Shown here in pieces: positions 59,047-64,000 of a DNA stretch of 64,000 bases (positions are counted from its first letter, which is position 1; every line of letters begins with the position of its first letter). Below the pieces are notes generated by a model. That model saw nothing but the letters and a program-made list of their open reading frames with translations, made no database searches and had not been told where the DNA came from. Source of the stretch: an uncultured bacterium (GTDB lineage Bacteria > Planctomycetota > UBA1135 > GCA-002686595); the NCBI GenBank assembly GCA_943787795.1, contig CALSNU010000006.1:32001-96000 (forward strand), in the 5' to 3' direction. The position numbers and the translations under genes were made by a program.

Positions 59047-59806
59047 AACGTCCCTCGATGTATTGGGTGGTACGGGGGTCCTCGGTCTGACCCTTGAACA
59101 GGGCCTTGGTGTCCCCGACCTCAACCACCTTGCCCTCCATGAAGAACGCGGTGCGGTCGGCGAGGCGCTGGGCCTGCTGGGTGAGGTTGGTGACGAGCAC
59201 GATGGTCATCTCATGCTTGAGCTCCTTCAGTACCTCCTCGATCCGCATGGTGGTGACCGGGTCCACGGCGATGGAGAACTCGTCCAGGAGGAGCAGCTCG
59301 GGATCCTGCGAGAGGGCGCGGGCGATGGTCAGTCGCTGCTGCTGCCCCCCCGAGAGGAGGCTGCCCAGGGAGTCCAGGCGGTCCTTGACCTCGTCCCAGA
59401 GGGCGGCGCGGGTCAGGCAGCGCTCCACGACCTCGTCGAGGTCAGTCCTGCCCTTCACGCCCCGGAGCTTCGCGGCGAAGGCCACGTTCTCGTAGATCGA
59501 CATGGGCAGGCCGACCGGGAGCGGGAAGACCACGCCGATGCGGCTCCGCAGGGCATAGAGGTTTCGCCAGCTGTCCACGGCCCTCCCGTTGAACTCGATG
59601 CTCCCGTGGACCTCCATCCCCGGGGTCATCTCGTCCATGCGGTTGATGGCGCGGATGAACGAGGTCTTGCCGCTGTTGGCCGGTCCGATGATTCCGAAGA
59701 TCTCATTCTCGCGGACGTCGAAGGAGGCGCCCTCGAGTGCGACGGTGGATCCGTAGCGGATGCTCAGGTCCTTGACGCTGAGCTTGATGTCGCTGGCGGT
59801 GCTCAC
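59039..59806 (-). CDS. pstB: Phosphate ABC transporter ATP-binding protein (second copy)
   Basis: GPANSGKT, LSGGQQQR and YIEGRFG; H-loop variant VTNL. Confidence 0.9.
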   Translation of the reverse strand: MSTASDIKLSVKDLSIRYGSTVALEGASFDVRENEIFGIIGPANSGKTSFIRAINRMDEMTPGMEVHGSIEFNGRAVDSWRNLYALRSRIGVVFPLPVGLPMSIYENVAFAAKLRGVKGRTDLDEVVERCLTRAALWDEVKDRLDSLGSLLSGGQQQRLTIARALSQDPELLLLDEFSIAVDPVTTMRIEEVLKELKHEMTIVLVTNLTQQAQRLADRTAFFMEGKVVEVGDTKALFKGQTEDPRTTQYIEGRFG

Positions 59807-60750
59807 CACTTCTTCTTCCCCCTGAGGTAGACCCGGAAGCCGATCGAGGCAGAGTTGAGCACGAGGACCATGAGGATCAGGGCCAGGGCCACGCCATAGG
59901 GGACCTCGGGCGGGACGTCGGGGATGACCGTGGCGATCATGTACAGGTGGAGTGACATCGCCATGGTCTCGTCCAGGACGCCCTGGGGGAGGAACGGCGT
60001 GAACAGCACCGCGCCGGTGAACATCACGGGGGCGGTCTCCCCCACGGTACGCGAGACCTCGAGGATGACCCCGGTGAGGATTCCGCTGATGGAGTTGGGG
60101 AGCACCACCTTGCGGATGGTTTGCCAGCGCGTGGCGCCGAGGCTCCAGCAAGCCATCCTGAAGGACTGGGGGACCGCCTGGAGGGTCTCTCGCGTGGAGA
60201 CGATGACCACCGGGAGGGTCATGATCGCCAGGGTGAGACTGGCCGCCAGGATGCTGGTGCCGAAGTCAAAGAAGAGCACGAACGCGCCGAGGCCGAAGAG
60301 GGCGTGGACGATGGACGGGACCCCCGCGAGGTTGATGATTGCCAGGTTGATCAGGCGAGTCAGCAGGTTGTCCTTGGCGTACTCGCTGAGGTAGATGGCG
60401 GCGGCGACGCCGAGCGGGACCGAGGCGAGCAGCGCGACGATCACAAGCCAGAGGGTGCCCACCAGCGCGGGGAAGATCCCGCCCTCCGTGAACTGGGCCC
60501 GAGGGGGCTCGGTGAAGAACTCCCACGAGAAGGCCGGCGCGCCCTTGATGATCAGCAGGCTCAGGATCGCGAGCACAGGGAGGATCAGCACGACTGACAT
60601 CACCAGGAAGAGCGAGTGGTAGCTCCGCTCCGTGCGTGCGTTCTTGTGGTCGAGGGCCGTCGCAGTGAACAGGGCGCCGCCCTCCGGCTTTCCGCCGCCC
60701 GAGGGGAGCAGCGCCGCCGTGTCGATGGGGTCTCCGGTCTCGTTCGTCAT
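59803..60750 (-). CDS. pstA: Phosphate ABC transporter permease PstA
   Basis: AAIYLSEY, LAGVPSIV, LGATRWQ and GETAP motifs. Confidence 0.93.
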   Translation of the reverse strand: MTNETGDPIDTAALLPSGGGKPEGGALFTATALDHKNARTERSYHSLFLVMSVVLILPVLAILSLLIIKGAPAFSWEFFTEPPRAQFTEGGIFPALVGTLWLVIVALLASVPLGVAAAIYLSEYAKDNLLTRLINLAIINLAGVPSIVHALFGLGAFVLFFDFGTSILAASLTLAIMTLPVVIVSTRETLQAVPQSFRMACWSLGATRWQTIRKVVLPNSISGILTGVILEVSRTVGETAPVMFTGAVLFTPFLPQGVLDETMAMSLHLYMIATVIPDVPPEVPYGVALALILMVLVLNSASIGFRVYLRGKKKW

Positions 60751-61670
60751 GAGCGGTCCGACGCGCCCTTTCGGACGAGAACATCAGCCAGGAGGTTGAT
60801 CACGAAGGTCACGAGGAAGAGGAGGATCCCGAGGCTGAACAGGGCCTTGTAGTGGTCTGACCCCCTGGCCGTGTCGCCCAGCTCCGCGGCGATGGTGGCG
60901 GTGAGCGCTCTGGCCGAGTCAAACGGGCTGGTCGGGATGTTGATCGCGTGGCCCGATGCCATCAGGACCGCCATGGTCTCCCCGAAGCCGCGACCGACCC
61001 CGAGCAGGACGGCCGCGACCAGCCCCTTCGAGGCAGAGGGCAGGACCACCTGACGGATCACCTGCCAGCGGGTCGCGCCCATGGCTTCGGCGGCCTCGCG
61101 GTAGCTGTCAGGGACGGCCTTGAGGGCGTCCTCGGCGATGGTCGTCATGATCGGAGCTGCCATGAGCCCGAGGATGACCCCGGCGTTGAGCACCGTCAGG
61201 CCCACGGGCACGTTGAACAGGTCGATGATGATGGGGTTGAGGATGGTCAACCCGATGAAGCCCCAGACCACCGAAGGGATGGCCGCCAAGAGCTCCACCA
61301 GGACCTTCAGGGTCTCCCGCGTTCGACCCGTCGCGAACTCACCGATGTAGATGGCCACGCCGATGGAGAAGGGGACGGCGATGAGCATGGCGAGCCCTGT
61401 GACGCTCGCGGTGCCGGCGATCAGGGCCAGGCCGCCGAACTCGGCCTTCGGCTCCTGGTCGGGCCGCCACTCGGGTGAGGTGAAGAAGAAGCCCAGGTCG
61501 AGGTCTTGGAAGATGAACCCGAGGCCCTCCCGCGCCACGAAGGCGAAGATGGCGACCACGAAGACGATGGCCGAGATCCCTCCGACAAAGATCACGCCGC
61601 GCGCGATCCTGTCCCAGATCCACGCGGCGTCGATGCCGTCGTCGAGCCTGTCCGGCTGGGGGGAACTCAA
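60747..61670 (-). CDS. pstC: Phosphate ABC transporter permease PstC
   Basis: ELLAAIPSVVWG, GRGFGETMAV and TIAAELG. TTG start overlaps the upstream stop. Confidence 0.93.
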   Translation of the reverse strand: MSSPQPDRLDDGIDAAWIWDRIARGVIFVGGISAIVFVVAIFAFVAREGLGFIFQDLDLGFFFTSPEWRPDQEPKAEFGGLALIAGTASVTGLAMLIAVPFSIGVAIYIGEFATGRTRETLKVLVELLAAIPSVVWGFIGLTILNPIIIDLFNVPVGLTVLNAGVILGLMAAPIMTTIAEDALKAVPDSYREAAEAMGATRWQVIRQVVLPSASKGLVAAVLLGVGRGFGETMAVLMASGHAINIPTSPFDSARALTATIAAELGDTARGSDHYKALFSLGILLFLVTFVINLLADVLVRKGASDRS

Positions 61671-62734
61671 TCGTCGTCCTCGCCCCTGAGGATCTCCATG
61701 AGGTCGCCGAGCTTGTGGACGAGCTGCTGGTAGACGGCCTCGGGGTTCTGGGGCTCCTCCATGGGCCAATTGAGCACCGTGGTATGGAAGGGGATCTTGC
61801 GCAGGTGCTTCCCGAGCCGGCCGCCGAGGTCCACCACGATGTCGTAGTCCGCGATGTGGCCCTTGACGTCGCTGAAGGAGACGGGGACGTCCATGCTGAG
61901 GTCGACCCCCAAGCCCTCCGCGTAGCTGACGAAGGCCTGATCGGGCTCTTCGATGGAGGACCAGCCGGCGTATCGGAAGGTGCCCGCGTCGGGGTAAGCC
62001 CTCCGGCAGTAGTTCGCCGCCAGCAGGCTCGCGCCGTCGCCGCGGCTGTCCACGAAGAGGAAGTCGAAGGTCTTCTCCTCCTTACGCTCGCCCGTCACCG
62101 CGAAGATGGTCTGCTCGCAGATGTTCTTGGCCTGGTGGAGGACCCGCTCCAGGCGGTTGCATATCGCTTCGAGGCTGAAGAGGTCCTCCATCGGGTGGTC
62201 CCGACTTTCGCCAGCGGCCACGAGGTGGGAGAAGACCTGGTCGAAGGTGTCGCCGAACTGGCCGACGCGATTCTTGGTGGCCCGGGCGTCAACGACGCTC
62301 GCCTGGTCGTACGCGGCAAGCGATTGCTGTAGCACCTCGGCGGCGTGCTCGCCGAGCATCTGAATGTCCCGCGCAACCTCGGCCGGGGGCGCCTGGGAGA
62401 GGTGTAGAGAGGCCCGGGCGATGGTCTGGGCGTAGTCACCGATCCGCTCCAGGGTCTTGCTCAGCCGCATTGCCGAGGACACGAATCTCAGGTGCCCGCC
62501 CGTCGGCAGGTGCTTGGCGATGAAGAGGTGGCAGCGGTGGTCCACCTCGCGGTCGAGCCGGTTGATCGGCATGTCGCCCAGCACCGTGGCCGTGGCGAGC
62601 TCGGAGTCATGCTGGAGCGTCGATCGGGTGGCGTTTCGCAGGGCGATGACCACGGCGCGACCCATCCTTCGGATGCGCTTGCGAACCGACTCGAGATCCC
62701 TCTCGAGGCGCGCTTCGTAGAGTCCTCTTGCCAT
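61667..62734 (-). CDS. phoU: PhoU fused to a degenerate LMW-PTP/ArsC-like domain
   Basis: Two PhoU repeats (LERIGDYA; LERVLHQAKNICE) plus about 135 aa beginning FLFVDSRGDGASLLAA. Confidence 0.85.
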   Translation of the reverse strand: MARGLYEARLERDLESVRKRIRRMGRAVVIALRNATRSTLQHDSELATATVLGDMPINRLDREVDHRCHLFIAKHLPTGGHLRFVSSAMRLSKTLERIGDYAQTIARASLHLSQAPPAEVARDIQMLGEHAAEVLQQSLAAYDQASVVDARATKNRVGQFGDTFDQVFSHLVAAGESRDHPMEDLFSLEAICNRLERVLHQAKNICEQTIFAVTGERKEEKTFDFLFVDSRGDGASLLAANYCRRAYPDAGTFRYAGWSSIEEPDQAFVSYAEGLGVDLSMDVPVSFSDVKGHIADYDIVVDLGGRLGKHLRKIPFHTTVLNWPMEEPQNPEAVYQQLVHKLGDLMEILRGEDDD

Positions 62735-62965
62735 GGCATTGACCAGGCGCCCGGTGTGGTGGGGCCAGTGGTGCGGGTGGGGGAGACGGGGCGAGAGGAG
62801 CGCCTCTTTTGAAGCGGTCCCGACCGCTCGGGTCGGGGCTCATCTCGGGAGCGGGCAGGAGTCTACGCGGGCCGATCACAGGTGGGAAGGGGGCGCAGAA
62901 AGCCCGGCCCGCTGCCCCTGCCGTCCGGTGGGGACGCCTGGGTCAGCGGGCCGGGCCTGGGCGAC

Positions 62966-63844
62966 TCAGTCCATGCTGACAGGCGCGTAACCCTTCTTCC
63001 GGATGATCCCCTGGCCCGTGGGGGAGAGGATCCAGTCCATGTACTCCTTGACCGCGCCGGTGGGCTCGCCGTTGGTGTACATCATCAGCGGGCGGGCAAT
63101 GGCGTAGGTGCCGTCCACGGCCGTCTCGACGGACGGCGTCACGGGGTCCTTGCCGCCCATGGAGACGGGGACCAGCTTCACGTGCTCGTTGGCGTACGCG
63201 AGGCCGGAGTAACCGATGGCGCCCGGGGTCTTCTCGACGAGCTCGACCACGTCCTTGGACCCGTGGAGGTCGAGGGATCCCAGCTTGTACTTGCCCTGTT
63301 TGCCAAGCACCGTGTTGCGGAAGTAGACGTAGGTGCCGGAGTTGTTCTGGCGGCTGACCCGGACGATCTCGTCGTTGTCGCCCATGTCGACGCCGAGGTC
63401 ACTCCACTTCGTCGCCTCGCCGTCATCGCCGTAGATGTCGGCCAGCTGCTCGATGGTGATGGACTCGATGGGGTTGTCCTTGTGGACATACACGGCGAGG
63501 GCATCGAAGCCGACGATGTGCTCCACGGGCTCGATGCCGGACTTGCGGGCCATGTCAAACTCGCTGGCCTTCATCTTGCGACTGGCATTTGCGATATCGA
63601 CGGTGCCGTTGATCATCGCGTTGATTCCGGTGCCCGAGCCACCGCCGGTCACGGTGACCACCGCACCACCCGCGACCTTGCTGTACTCTTCCGCCCAGGC
63701 TTGGGCCACGTTGACCAGCGTGTCGGAACCCTTGTTCTTGATGGAGGTCCGGGATGTACCGTCAACGGTACCGCCGCAAGAGCCAAGGGTGAGGGTGAGG
63801 GTGGCGAGTGAGAAGGCGGCGGTGAGGAAGAGTGCGCGTTTCAT
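62966..63844 (-). CDS. pstS: Phosphate ABC transporter substrate-binding lipoprotein
   Basis: Lipobox LGSC; KGSDT, GGGSGTG, IANASR, SRQNNSGT, GAIGY and YAIARPL motifs. Confidence 0.95.
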   Translation of the reverse strand: MKRALFLTAAFSLATLTLTLGSCGGTVDGTSRTSIKNKGSDTLVNVAQAWAEEYSKVAGGAVVTVTGGGSGTGINAMINGTVDIANASRKMKASEFDMARKSGIEPVEHIVGFDALAVYVHKDNPIESITIEQLADIYGDDGEATKWSDLGVDMGDNDEIVRVSRQNNSGTYVYFRNTVLGKQGKYKLGSLDLHGSKDVVELVEKTPGAIGYSGLAYANEHVKLVPVSMGGKDPVTPSVETAVDGTYAIARPLMMYTNGEPTGAVKEYMDWILSPTGQGIIRKKGYAPVSMD

Positions 63845-64000
63845 GGGTAGGACTGGCTGGGGGCCCGGTTGGGCGGTGTGGTGCGGGGTGAAATATCCCA
63901 TGGGTGAAGAGCTGACCTCTTCGTCCCAGGCCCCGGGAGGGTTGTCCTGGGCTCGGGGCCCAGGCGCTGATCATGTCACCGTCGGAGTGTGAAGATTTGA

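Noticed and set aside
63960..64000. Possible Pho box upstream of pstS (TTCACA...GTGACA on the minus strand)
   Set aside because: Half-site spacing is 14 rather than 11 bp, and the region is cut by the window edge.
1..64000. tRNA (including tRNA-Sec), rRNA, transposases, integrases, prophage genes
   Set aside because: None was recognisable by eye. Any Sec machinery must lie outside this window.

Overview
Very GC-rich, gene-dense bacterial chromosomal segment. Gene content suggests Planctomycetota (inference): a DUF1552/DUF1592 pair, a PVC-type heme-binding dehydrogenase, tandem DUF1080, a DUF6288-like protein, five sulfatase genes, an ECF sigma/Ser-Thr kinase pair and a Tat-signal Gfo/Idh/MocA protein. 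No rRNA, tRNA, CRISPR array or mobile element was recognised. The main hidden signal is at 37151-38462. The ORF track breaks this into four fragments, but it reads as an exported three-thioredoxin-fold protein with two in-frame TGA codons, each at the first Cys of a CxxC motif (W-U-G-P-C and W-U-G-W-C) and each followed by a stem-loop. It is a candidate two-selenocysteine oxidoreductase. Other notable items: (1) a TolC/adaptor/ABC/two-permease operon bracketed by a Cys-rich leader ORF with an RPPP motif and a Cys-rich lipoprotein, a candidate metal-responsive export system; (2) a PhoU fused to a catalytically degenerate LMW-PTP/ArsC-like domain inside a pst operon; (3) a secreted protein with a distinct C-terminal domain that may be a sorting signal; (4) a mini-secretin-like lipoprotein. 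Five reading-frame breaks are all one-extra-base events in short homopolymers and are most likely assembly errors. All product calls come from motif recognition by eye, not database searches.
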